Of a stretch of DNA of 64,000 nt, positions 27,961-41,073 are shown one piece after another. The position numbers were made by a program, and so were the translations under genes. Numbering within the stretch: position 1 is the stretch's first letter; each line of letters starts with the position of its first letter. The notes below the pieces were generated by a model that was given only the letters and a program-made list of their open reading frames with translations, ran no database searches and had not been told where the DNA came from. This DNA comes from Octopus vulgaris (Eukaryota). The stretch lies in NCBI GenBank assembly GCA_951406725.2, contig OX597818.1:34348001-34412000 (forward strand). Reading direction: 5' to 3'.

Positions 27961-28561
27961 TGTATACACCTATTTTTGTACTAAGCCCCACTTCTCCCTT
28001 TTTTTGTATCGTTCGTTTATTGTTTTGTATTCGGCCCTTGTAGTCCAATCATATTGGGTCTGTTTCTTTTCCATTTGAGATGGCAGTGTTATCTTTTATA
28101 TTGACAGGCAATCTATGCAACTGATATTCGAGTAGCACAAAACAGACATCTAGAAATGAGAGCAGGAAAGAAACAAACCACATTAGGACCTGATGAAGGA
28201 TATCCAGAGGTAATTAATATGAAATTCTTCATTAAGGAATTATTTATCTTGTATTTTTTTTACTTATATTCTTTTACTTTTTTTTTTTTACTTATTTCAG
28301 TCATTGGACTGCGGCCATGCTGGGGAATACTGGGCCTTGAAGTAATTAGTCGAATAAATCGACCTGACTACTTTTTTTTAACATGGTACTTATTCTATCG
28401 GCCACTTATGCTGAACTGCTATGTTACGGGGACGTAAATAAACCAACACCGGTTATCAAGTGCGACGGGGCATACATAGACACAGACGCACACCTGCACA
28501 TACATATACAAACACACATATACACACATACATACACACACGTATACACACACACACACAT

Positions 28562-28594
<33 letters not shown>

Positions 28595-28977
28595 CGACAG
28601 GCTTCTTTCAGTTTCTCTCGACCAAATTCACTCACAAGGCTTTCGTCGGCCCGAGGATGTAATAGAAGACATTTGTCCAAGGTGCCACGTAGTAGGACTG
28701 AACCTGGAATCATGTGGTTGGGAAGCAAACACTTTACCACAGATCACGTGTACAAACGTATATCATAGAGAGTTACAATGAATTGTGAAGCCATAGTACT
28801 GGAGTATTGTCCGCGTATATTATCAGTTTACTACATAGAGATTACTGTTCACCTCGGCAAGACCTTTAAGCTTCATCTATTCAATTTACTTGGATAAGAA
28901 ACAAGATTTATTCATGTCCTTGTTGAATATGTACATAGAGGGACATGTAAAAATAAATGTGACACAGTTATGTATTT

Positions 28978-29173
28978 CTGTTTCAGTCATTTGACTGCGG
29001 CCATGCTGGAGCACTGCCTTTACAGTTGAGCAAATCGACGCCAGAGCTCATTCTTTGTAAGCCTAGTACTTATTCTATCGGTCTCTTTTGCCGAATCGCT
29101 AAGTTACGGGAACATAAACACACCAGCATCGGTTGTCAAGCGATGTAGGGGTGACAAACACAGACACACAACA

Positions 29174-29238
<65 letters not shown>

Positions 29239-29425
29239 TGCACATATATATATACATATACGACGGGCTTCTTCCAGTTTCCGTCTAGCAAATTCACTCA
29301 CAAGGCTTTGGTCGGCCCGAGGCTATAGTAAAAGACACTTGCCCAAGGTGCCATGCAGTGGGACTGAACCCAAGACCATGTGGCTGGTAAGCAAGCTACT
29401 TACCACACAGCCACTCCTATGCCTA
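28978..29425 (-). mobile_element. SINE family B (CORE-like CACCTTGGGCAAGT) with an internal microsatellite; copies near 5526, 21420-, 28290-, 29540, 31128, 32510-, 42590-, 44885, 53612-, 56260
   Basis: GGAGTGGCTGTGTGGTAAG...GGTTCAGTCCC head, internal (TA)n/(TG)n, tail ...AATGACTGAAACA. Confidence 0.9.
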
Positions 29426-29721
29426 TATTCATAAAGTTTTAAAAACTTTTTGATCTCTATCAGCATAGAAGAATAGACGGTGACAAAAGAGGGGCGTAAG
29501 TGGGAAATGTGGATACATAAATATCTAAATATTTTAGTGATAGTTCTGTGGTTAAGGAATTCGCTTCGCCTCCAAGAGATTTCGGGTTCTGTCTCCGCAA
29601 GGCCCCTTAGGCAAATATCCCCCTCCATGGCCTCGGGCTCTTGCAATAGCCTCGGCTTTGTGAGTGAATTTGGTCGACAGAAACTGTGTGGAAGCCCTTT
29701 GTATATGTATGTGTAGGGATG

Positions 29722-29795
<74 letters not shown>

Positions 29796-30182
29796 ATGTT
29801 TGTGTTTGTACCTTCGCACCGCTTGACAACAGGTGTTGGTTGTTTACGATCCTATGACATAGCAGTTCGGCGAAAGAGAGCGATAGAATAAGTACCAGGC
29901 TTTAAAATTACTACTGGGGTCGATTTGTTCGACTAAGACTCCTCAGGACGGTGCCCCAGCTTGGCTGTAGTCCAATGACTGAAATAATAAAAAGTTAACA
30001 TGCAAAATATACATAACAAAATGATATAACAAAGTTATCTTCTTTGCTCATAAAGTATAACAATGTTTACAAATAGGCCTCACTTGCCAGCCATTGGGGT
30101 TTAACTTATCGTTTTGTTTTATGAGGAACGCGTAAAGAACTGATAATATGAGCATGTATGTAATTCATATCTATATCTATAG

Positions 30183-30333
30183 CAGTGTTCCGCAGCCGGT
30201 ATTCCCCGGCACACTGGTGTGTTCCACGAGACGATGCTAGGTGTGCCACAGTGTAACCTGAGTATTACTTTTTTGGTTATATTTTAGTTGTGTTTTTAGT
30301 GTGCCGCAAGTGGAAAAAGGTCGTGGAGCACTG
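30183..30333. mobile_element. hAT-type MITE
   Basis: CAGTG...CACTG termini and perfect 8-bp TSD ATCTATAG (30175-30182, 30334-30341). Confidence 0.85.
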
Positions 30334-31741
30334 ATCTATAGTTCAACAGTTTACATAAAGTGAAAACCAAATATATAATGTGGAGACGAAATAGCCCAGT
30401 GGTTAGGGCAGCGGACTCGCGGATCGCGGTTTCGATTCCCCAACCAGGCGTTGTGTGTGTTTATAGTGCAAAAACACCTAAAAGTTCCACGAGGCTCCAG
30501 CAGGAGGTGCTGGTGACCCCTGTTGTACTTTTTCGCCACAACTTTCTCTCACTCTCTCTCCCTGTTTCTTGAGTAACGCTGCGATGGACTGGCGTCCCGT
30601 CCAGCTGGGCGGGGGAAACACATACGCCACCGAAACCGGGAAACCTGGCCCATGAGCCTGGCTAGGCTTGAAAAAGGCGACAATAAATATATATATAACG
30701 CGTAAAAAACTGAAAATATGACCACTTGTGTCTTCCATATATCTATCTTTAGTTCAACAATTTACATAAAACTCTCGCTTCTTTTTGTTTTTGTGAATTG
30801 CTAGCTTAATATTTAAAAATTATATACAATATGAAAGCAAAAAAATAATTAAACATCTCCATATTTTAGCAGGTTTTAAGAGGATCATCCGAGAGTATAA
30901 ACATGGAACCTCGAAAGCTTAGCGGTACCCGCTCAGATTTAAAAATAGCTCGTCCTTATCAGAATCAGGTATCTGCAGTTAGTGGTGGAGGTGGTGGAGG
31001 TGGTGGTGGTGATGGTGTTGATGATGGTCAGAGATTTATCAGGAAACCGCAACGGTGAGAAAACTTTATTTATTTGAAATAAAGTTTTTGATGTGTTTAT
31101 AATTGTTTATAAAGATTGCCAAGGTATGCCTGTGTAGTAAAGAAGTTTGTTTCTCACCCACGTAGTTCCGAGTTCAGTCCCACTGCATTGCACCTTGAGC
31201 AAGTGTTTTCTGCTATAGCCTCGGACCGACCAAAGCCTTGTGAGTAGATTTGGTAGACAGAAACTGAGAGAAGGCGGCGAGCTGGCAGAATCGTTAGCAA
31301 GCCGGGCGAAATATTTAGCGGTATTTCGTCTGCTGTTACGTTCTGAGTTCAAATTCCGCCGAGGTCGACTTTGCCTTTCATCCTATCGGGGTCGATTAAA
31401 TAAGTACCAGTTACGCACTGGGGTCGATGTAATCGACTTATTTCGTTTGTCCGTCCTTCTTTGTCCCCTCTGTGTGCAGCCCCTGGTGAGCAGTAAAGAA
31501 ATAAGAAACGTTAGCAAGCCGGGCGAAATATTTAGCGGTATTTCGTCTGCCGCTACGTTCTAAGTTCAAATTCCGCCAAGGTCGATTTTGCCTTTCGGGA
31601 TCAATTAAATAAGTACCAGTTACGCACTGGGGTCGATGTAATCGACTTAATCCCTTTATCTGTCCTTGTTTGTCCCCTCTATGTTTAGCTCCTTGTGGGC
31701 AATAAAGAGATAAGAAACTGAAAGAAAGCCCGCCGTATATA

Positions 31742-31793
<52 letters not shown>

Positions 31794-32826
31794 TATATTT
31801 GTCTCCACCACCGCTTGACAAACGGTGTTGGTCTGTTTGCTTCCCCATAATCTGGCGGTTCGGCAAAATAAATGCAATAAGTACCAGACTTTAAAAAAAG
31901 AAAATAAAGTGCTAGGGTCGACTCGCTCGACTAAAATTCATTAAGTCGATGCCCCAGAATGGCCGTGGTCTAACGACTGACACAAGTAAAAGATAAAAGA
32001 TCAATTACAAAACGCTGATGCCGCCAAGAACTATGGTCAACACGTCCAAACCATAACTATATTGTCAGTCATCGTGTGTCTGAAATTATACTGTTCGATG
32101 AATCCCTCTAATTTTTTCCGACATGTTGTTTAGAGCAGGACCTTATATTTTGCGAATATGCATTTTTAATTGTTGTTGTTGTTGTTGTTGTAAACCGCAA
32201 TTTAACTATGACCGAACAAAAATACAATCTTCTTAACGAAAGGAATTTTAAGACGTAAGCGTGGAATTTGAGTGTAATCAATTAGCATTTCTTAAATGTA
32301 TGACAACCGAATAGAAGTTTCCGTGTTGACTCGAGCATAGACATCGTATTAGAATACATAATAGTAATATATAGATATAGATATTGATGTAGATATATGT
32401 ATTTGTTTTGCAGGATTCTTGATGCGAAATTGCGTGTTGAAACAGATATTATTATACTTGAGGGTGGTCATATTTTACCAATTAAAACACGCACTATATA
32501 TTTACTCTTTTACTCCTTTACTTGTTTCAGTCATTTGACTGCGGCCGTGTTGGAGCACCGCCTTTGGTCCAGCACATCGACCCCCAGGACTTATTCTTTG
32601 CAAGCCTAGTACTTATTCTATCAGTCTCTTTTGCCGAACCGCTATGTTACGGAGGCGTAAATACACCAGCATCGGTTGTCAAGCGATGTTGCGTGGGGGA
32701 CAAACACAGACACACAAACATATACATACACACACATATATATATATATATATGCCATGATAGATCGTTAGCCACAGCACACATTTTTTTTCTCTCCTTG
32801 TTTCTCTCCTTGTTTTTTCTGTGTCC

Positions 32827-32862
32827 CTTTCTGTAGAAGAGTGTAGGCTCGAAACGTAAAAG
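32827..32862 (+). ncRNA. minimal hammerhead-like motif (A6U) in a short repeat
   Basis: CTTT-CTGTAGA-AGAGTGTAGGCTC-GAAA-CG-TA|AAAG; second copy at 43559-43593. Confidence 0.45.
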
Positions 32863-32952
32863 ACTTTTTCTATTCCTGAGCGCTATACTAATACATCTGT
32901 TTGCTTTGTACACTACCTGTTTTCGTCTTTTGTTTTTTTTTTCGTAAACTTT

Positions 32953-32994
<42 letters not shown>

Positions 32995-34354
32995 GACGGG
33001 CTTTTTTCAGTTTCCGTCTACCAAATCCGCTCACAAGGCCCGAGGCTATAGTAGAAGACACTTGCCCAAGGTGCCACGCAGTAGGACTGAACCTGGATTT
33101 GATCATCACTTCAGCTTTATCATTATTTTATTTTATTTATCAAAGTTCTTTCGTCACACATCCTGCGACCGTTTCAGCCACTCTCTGTCCCTAGAACAAG
33201 AGGAAACACGTGGGATAAAGAGTCGTTGAAGAAGTCACAGGATGTGTGACGAAAGATCTTTGACAAAGAAACAAAAAATATTTACAATAAAGCTGAATTG
33301 ATGACCGAATATACAGTGCGTGTGTTTCATTGGGAAAATATGACCGTCCCAAAGTATAACAATATGTATATATAAAATAACGAAAGCGAAGATGTTAATA
33401 TAAAACCAAAAATGAAGAATTCTATTGTCACTAATTGTGATTGATGATGCAGTGTAGCACCTACGTTGCTAGAAATAAGAGTTAAAACTCTTAGAGGCGC
33501 ATAGAAGCACATGTCTATGCACTGACAGGGAAGATCTCGCTTTGGAGTGGTTACTTCCCCTGTCAGTGCATAGACATGTGCTTCTTTGCGGCTCTAAGGG
33601 TTTTAACTCTTATTTCTAGCAATGTAGGCGCTACCCTGCAGCGTCAGTCACAATTATATATATAATCTTCCAAATTCCATATTTTAATAAAGGAATTATT
33701 TTTTAATCTTATTTTCATCCATTACTTCACTTGATGTCTGGGATAAAAGTCTTGAAAATAACAATGAATTGAGGAAAACCTGCGCCAGATTATACGGAAA
33801 AGATTCTACAATTACAGAGAAAACCATATTGCCGGGCAATAATAATGTACAATTACCTTTAAAGTCTTCCATAGTAAGTAATGTTATTTATATGATTTTA
33901 TAAACCTTAATTGATAGTCGTACAGTAGCATTGTTGTTAATAACTTTTTTTTTTTTTTGCAAATTCCAGTGCGCGAGTGAAATTTGGCAGTTGAACATTG
34001 CGTAAAAACCCGTCGTGTGTGGGGGGCGCGTGTTTGTATGTTTGTGTGTCTGTATTGTTTATTGAAACTAGACTTTTTCTCACAGCTCTTTTTTCATGTC
34101 TCTGCGACCTTCATGCGAATTTTCGCATGTATAAAATGTGTAATGTAATATGAAAATAGGTTAAAACATAGGTAGAACCGTGGCCGAATCGATAAAATGT
34201 CATTCAACTGAAATCATCCAATGAAATTTAATTGAAGACAAATTCTATCGGGAATTTTTTTTTTTTTTTTTTTTTTTTTTCTTGTTTAGTTTGTTTTTTG
34301 CTCTTTTTTTTTTTCATTTATTTCTGCCGGTTGATTAAATTGTAAACGGAAATA

Positions 34355-34604
34355 TAGTAATTTCCCGACTATCGCAGGTGTTACGTTCCAAAACCTTCCA
34401 CGATAGATGAAAATCCGCGAAATAGAAACAGTACTGTACTGTATATTTTTTTAATTATTTTTATAATTTCTATATATTTATTTTACTATAAATGCAAAAC
34501 AACAACACGGAGGAATCAACATAAGCTTAAATAATCAACCGCGATAGGTGAACTGCGGTAGGTGAGCCGTGATAGATGAACCGTGATATGACGAGGAATT
34601 ACTG
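34355..34604. mobile_element. Tigger/pogo-like MITE
   Basis: TA|TAGTAATTTCCCG ... CGAGGAATTACTG|TA, with internal repeats of ccgcgataggtgaa. Confidence 0.65.
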
Positions 34605-35528
34605 TAGAACACGGAAGAAAAATAGTCACAGAAAAATATTACAATTTTGACCTTGAAAAACAGTTACAAGAAAATATCACTTCGATAAAAGAATTATTTT
34701 AATTCACAAGACATTTATGGTTTATATGCCATGCTAACTTTTTCTCAATGGGAAATAGATTCGAATGAATTACTTACGGGCAGAATAAAATAATCAGGCA
34801 TTTAGTCCAGCACTGTAAAGATCCTAACATGGGTATGATAACTCAGTATTTTGCTTCTTGTTTTTGTATACTGCATCAAGCTTTTTTGCACATTACGTCA
34901 CCAATATGGTGTATTAAAAATTCCATCATTTCTGCTGTTTATTACAAATCTGAGACCCACTTCGGTCACGACACAGACCATGGGATTGCACCTAGAAAGT
35001 TACCCACCCAGGCACAAGTCCGGGCAAGGTTGTTTTATGGAAGACCAGCAGTCGCCTATGCATACCGGCCTCCCCTCTCCACGCTACCAGTGTTATCCAA
35101 GGGAAAGGCAACAGCTGATACAGCTTGGCACTGTGACATCGCAGCTCATTTCTACAGCTGAGTGAACTGGACCTATGTGAAATAAATTGTCTTGCTCAAG
35201 AACACAACCTGCAGCCCGGTCCGGAATTCGAGCTCATAACTTCACGATCGTAAGCTCGACGCTCTAACCACTGAACCATGCGCCTTCACTTACAATATGT
35301 CGTATTATTTCTACAGCACATTACTTTTGCAACACAAAGAGATATTTTCGTTTTGATCATAAAATTCTAAGATGATAGTCAAAGTCGAACACAATTTGTA
35401 TAATATTACTCGTAAAAAATGAATAAAATCCCGTTTCCTTTAATATCCTAAATAAAATAATGGAACGAAAACAAACAAAAAATTATTTATAAGTTCCTGT
35501 TTATTTATATATTTGCATTTGATTTCAG

Positions 35529-35754
35529 GATAAGCAAATCTATGACGAAGACGTTCTTTCTCAGCAGAGAACTTCGGTGATATACGAAAATAACACTTCT
35601 ACAAAGCAAGGAGTAGCAAATGCTTCTTACACAACATTCCAACGAAAACATTCGTACTTCTACCCGCCAAATAATAACCAGAACAATTCGACTTCAAATG
35701 GAGAATTGGCACCAAATCTGATGACAGACGGTCGAATTGAGAAAGCTATGATCG
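35529..35754 (+). CDS. SAM-domain protein gene, exon 4 (DKQIYDEDVLSQQRTSVIYENN...EKAMI)
   Basis: gatttcag| acceptor, G|GTAATG donor; 226 nt, phase 0 to 1; in frame with ORF 35577. Confidence 0.8.
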
Positions 35755-36740
35755 GTAATGAATCACTTTATTTGTACAAAAAAAAAGAGCAAACTGATTT
35801 TAACAATAGAAACAATTATTTATAGAAATTGATTCCAATAATAATTAAATATATGTCAAAGCTGAATGAGCTGTCATTTACGTGATTACTTTGCTAATGT
35901 CCATGAGAAAGGCATGAACATTACATAATATAATTTCGGCGTTGGTCTAAAACTGACAAAGGCGCCGAGCTGGCAGAAACGTTCGCACGCCGGGCGAAAT
36001 GCGTAGCCGTATTTCGTCTGCCGTTACGTTCTGAGTTCAAATTCCGCCGAGGTTGACTTTGCATTTCATCCTTTCGAGGTCGATAAACTAAGTACCAGTT
36101 ACGCACTGGGGTCGATGTAATCGACTCAGTCCGTTTGTCTGTCCTTGCTTGTCTCCTCTATGTTTAGCCCCTTGTGGGCAATAAAGGAAATATGAATGAG
36201 CTGTCAGTTACGTGATTGCTTTACTAATGTCCATGAGAAAGGCATGAACATCACATAATATAATTTCGTCTTTGATATAAAACTGAGCAACCACTTTCAA
36301 AATATTATGGTCGTGAGGCCCATCTCCAATAAAGGTCGGTTGTAAACATTATTAAAACATACTAATTATGTTTACTTCTTTCTGCCTGTATTCATAAGCA
36401 TAACGTTATTTCTTATACTCATAACATAAGCTACATTTGTTAACAGAGTTATGCTACCTGAAACTGAAGTGATGCTGGGCCAATTAAAAGAGAAATTAGT
36501 AACCTAAATAAAAATACATTCTCAACAACTGAATATATTATTATCTTTTTACTTTATTTTCTGGAAATGCCCGCGGTACCAGCACTAGAACTCATTCGAC
36601 ACCTTGCGTATCACTACCTTATATTCCTCACAGCAAACGAACTTATCCAGTTTACTATTTCCCACACGTACGACTTGATTTAAAGAACAGTTTGTTAGTC
36701 TAAAAGTATTTATTCTTCAAGCTGAAAATCTTCAGGATGG

Positions 36741-36807
<67 letters not shown>

Positions 36808-37067
36808 GTTTGAAAACGCCACTATATAAGATAAATTTTAATTTTCTTACAAAAAACGAACCTTCTCAAAAATATTTTTAAAAGTTAAGTGTAATAAAAA
36901 AGTTCACAATTACTTCTTACTAGTCTAGAATCGGTGGCTAACGATTCTAGTCAACGCGCAAGACAGCCATTATGCTCCCCCACCCACAAAACACCACCAC
37001 GTGGACTCTGTTGAGACTAGTAAGAAACAATTATGAACTTTTTTTATTACGCTTAACTTTTAAAAAT

Positions 37068-37115
37068 ATTTTTGATAAGGTTCATTTTTTCAAGAAGAAC
37101 CGAAACATGTAAAAT
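37068..37115 (+). ncRNA. minimal hammerhead ribozyme motif, U3:A8 core variant
   Basis: ATTT-TTGATAA-GGTTC...GAACC-GAAA-CATG-TA|AAAT; palindromic stem III. Confidence 0.6.
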
Positions 37116-37223
37116 CTCTTAGAAAATTAAAATTTATCTTATATAGTGGCGTTTCCAAACTTCTTTTTTATAAATATATACCCACTTGTATGCCACCTAC
37201 ACTTTTTATAAATATATTTTATA

Positions 37224-37276
<53 letters not shown>

Positions 37277-37754
37277 GTCACTGGTATAAGTATTGTGTAC
37301 AGTCCATATATAGGCTCTTCAATTTCATTACCTCAGTGAAAGTAGCTATGTAACAGCTTCGCTAAAAACGAATGTTTTTATTAACTAGAAATTGTGAAAA
37401 TGTGTAGTAGCCTTTATATGGACTCTCGTGTATGCACGAAACTATGAATTTGTAATGAATAATGTAAAATTGGATGAATTTTATATCGATCATGTTGGTA
37501 TTTAAAAGGTGAATATAGTTAATTGAACTGGAGACAGTATACCACTGGTATCTTACTTTATCGACCGTAGATAGATGAAAGTTCAACGCAACCCAAAATT
37601 AAATGAACTGAGAAGGTAGAAGGATGAAACTAATTTGTGTTAGTTATTTAGTCCCACTGTCCTCCGTTTCTGCTAATTTACGTACTATTGTCTAATAGTG
37701 GTTTCAAATTTTGGCACAAGGCCAGCAAGTTTTGGGGAGGAGCTAAGTCATTTA

Positions 37755-37799
<45 letters not shown>

Positions 37800-38344
37800 C
37801 ATTCAAATCATTTTACCCCTCCTAGTACTTTGGTCTGTACGGTTGCTATTTTATCACGTTAACCCTCTAATTGCCTTTCTGTATTGTACAACTCCTTTCC
37901 ATTTCTCTCCACTTACTTTATTACTTAGTCACGCATTTTCTTCTCCCTTACTTTTCCCTATTCCTTATATTTCACTCTCTGCTCGCATGATAGCAGTTTC
38001 ATTAACATGCTGACTACTGGTTGTAGTTCTCCCCCCCCCCACTTCTCTCTCTCCCTTTTTCCCAGATTCTCCCACTTTCTCTTTCCCCCCTTTCTCTCGC
38101 ACAGGCACTCACGCCTATCCATTTACAAATCTAGTCCAAACTTTCTTCAAAATACTTTTAACCTGTCTCTTTTATACCTCTCAGCACATCAAATATTTTT
38201 TCTTCTAACCTGACAGAAAAACAGAATCCAACTAACATAAGAGGTGACATAGGCTTTTATATAAAGAGATGATCGGGTTACAGATTGTGTGATAGTAAAT
38301 ACGGGAAAATGTCTGTGAACTTGAATCCTTCCTGTGTCTCTTCT

Positions 38345-38396
<52 letters not shown>

Positions 38397-38495
38397 AGAA
38401 GAGAGACAGGAAGGATTCAAGTTCACAGACATTTTCCCGTATTTACTATCACACAATTTACTATATATATATATATATAGTACTTACTATATATT

Positions 38496-38538
<43 letters not shown>

Positions 38539-39125
38539 AGATAATGGTGTCATTGAGACCCAAAGGTTTCAGGTAATAGACAGACAATAGTTAAGTTCCA
38601 GATTCGGTAATATTCCGAATAAAGTGTTCAACGTTGGTTCTATGTCAGTGGGTGTATATAAGAATTTTTTGCGTAATAAGGTAAAAAACCAAGGCTGTGT
38701 AGATATTAGACCATTTATAGATAGAGGGTCTTATAGCTGTAAAACCTTCTATCTATAAATGCTCTAATGGTTTTTTATCTTATTACACTAAAAATCCTTA
38801 TATATCATGCAACATATACAACTATAAACCAAGAAGATGGGAAGATTATTGCAATAGGCAGCAGAATGTTTTCTTAGCTTATGATGTTGAATGCCAATTC
38901 TCCAGTGGATGAAGTTAGGAGTAGGATAGATGGGAGCTAGCCACAAAGCTGACTTGCATCAGATACATTACACGAAGATACCCTCTTACTAGTAATGAGT
39001 TATGATTTTTACCTTACCAACGACTAATGAGTAATGGTCTCTCCCCTACAGCAAATGATTTTATGGCCCTTAATAATTCTTTATGGACTTTGGTTTCAAA
39101 AATATGTCCTTTTTATTTCATAAAG

Positions 39126-39560
39126 GAAATCATGGTCAAATAAACCGAGCTTACCAAACCGAAGATTCTCACCAGACAATGCTGGATATCAATGACAGTA
39201 TTTTCGATTATTCAGTAACTGCTAGCATGAGTGAACGTTCATCTCTGCATTCGGCCCAACGACCTCATCCACACATGTCGTCAAGTGCAAGCAGTAGCGA
39301 CGTCTCCGAAACAGGATCTGCAATTACGGAAACTAACTGTGTTGATGATGTTGCAAATGAACCGTCAATGCATACAACAGCAATAACAACGACAGCAACA
39401 ACAACATCAACAGCCGTTAGTCATTTATCAAAAAATTCAGTTGTCGGGATATCACAGAATCAACAAATACCAACTGCCAAATTTGATAACTCGGAGTCGC
39501 TTAAGAACGTTCCCAAACTGCAAATACCTCAATTTTTTCTTCGAAGATTTCGACGAAATG
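39126..39560 (+). CDS. SAM-domain protein gene, exon 5 (Ser/Thr-rich; GNHGQINRAYQTED...QFFLRRFRRN)
   Basis: ttttatttcataaag| acceptor, G|GTAAGA donor; 435 nt, phase 1 to 1; lies within ORF 39083-39691. Confidence 0.85.
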
Positions 39561-40123
39561 GTAAGACTTGTTTTCGTTTTGGCAAACTACATTACATTTC
39601 CCCCCTTCGTTTGCTCTTACCTCTTCCTTTTGTTAAAGTTCACAGCAGCATTCCTGTCGATGAATCCTCGTTTTCACTACTGTCCCTCTAAAAGCGTGTT
39701 TTGGTTAATGGTCCCTCAATTTAAATCTTCTCCATTTTTCCTGCCTCTCAACTATCAGTTTATTTATTCGGTAGCATTAAAGAAGTCTCCCTCCACCCTG
39801 TTTCTTGTCTTTTTCCTTTCGTCGCTCACTGCCCCTCCTCTCCATCAATAGCCGTCATCAGCATGACAATTGTCCAACCTTATCTCAGTTAGCCACAAAC
39901 CTTAGACTTATACAAAGAATAGAACACATTTACGGAGTGGGTAATTTGTATAATTTAAGCAAAAATGAGCCCAAAGAAACGACACAGAGTGACCATTGGA
40001 ATGTGTTCAAACAGTCTAGAGAGATACAGGGATATCAAACATTATACAACATAGATTCTCGATTCATTAAAACTATACATGTATATGTATATATAAAACC
40101 CACAAATTATTTTAAAGCAACGT

Positions 40124-40177
<54 letters not shown>

Positions 40178-40299
40178 CAAAATACGCAACAAGAATAACT
40201 TTGGTAATTTGGTACGATCGTTTCGCATTACATAAAATGATGTAGTGCGAAACGATCGTATCAAATTACCGAAGTTATTCTTGTTGCTTATTTTGATTA

Positions 40300-40340
<41 letters not shown>

Positions 40341-40640
40341 ATTTTCAATCACACATAATTAATGTATGTGTTTTGTTTGTTCAGTGGATTCGCAGCTGGA
40401 TAGCGCTTGGGGACGACTCCTTATAACTATGGGTGTTAAAACACCTGAAAGTCATAGACAGGCGACACGCTTTGGATCGAGTTCAGGAGAAATGGATACT
40501 GTTATTTCGACATTTTTGTGGCTCATCCACATCATGTACCTGAATTCGAATAGGGGACGAATCAAGTCGGCAGTCTACGACAGTATATAAACAGTGCAAA
40601 ATCTATTCAAGGGTGTGCGATAGCGATCTACAGATACACG

Positions 40641-40713
<73 letters not shown>

Positions 40714-40794
40714 TTATGGCAGCTGGCCCTCGATTCTCGTTATTCGAATTTTACGTTCCCGTTCATCAGTCAGAATAAGAAACGCTCCCTCGTA

Positions 40795-40835
40795 TCCAGT
40801 CTGATGATCGGGAACATGAAATTCGAATAACGAGA
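40795..40835 (+). ncRNA. degenerate hammerhead motif in a fold-back repeat
   Basis: CTGATGA-TCGGGAACAT-GAAA-TTCGAA-TA; mirror arm reads CTGATGA-ACGGGAACGT-AAAA-TTCGAA-TA. Confidence 0.45.
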
Positions 40836-40996
40836 TGTGAGACGCCAGCTGCAATAACCTACAATAACCATAGACAACTCTCACCCGTACTTACGTATAC
40901 TACACGCGCGCACACACGCACACACACACACACATACAAATATACACACACATATACTCACACATATACACCATGTACACACGTACATACACACAC

Positions 40997-41073
<77 letters not shown>

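Noticed and set aside
28186-28235. CTGATGA-AGGATATCC hammerhead-like start
   Set aside because: No properly placed GAAA/stem III and no stem I partner.
32414-32463. Possible extra exon after ttttgcag in intron 3
   Set aside because: In the required phase 0 it reads GAT TCT TGA (stop); the donor is weak; exons 3 and 4 already join in frame.
39561-39691. Continuation of ORF 39083-39691 beyond the exon 5 donor
   Set aside because: Strong GTAAGA donor and phase match to exon 6 indicate intron read-through.
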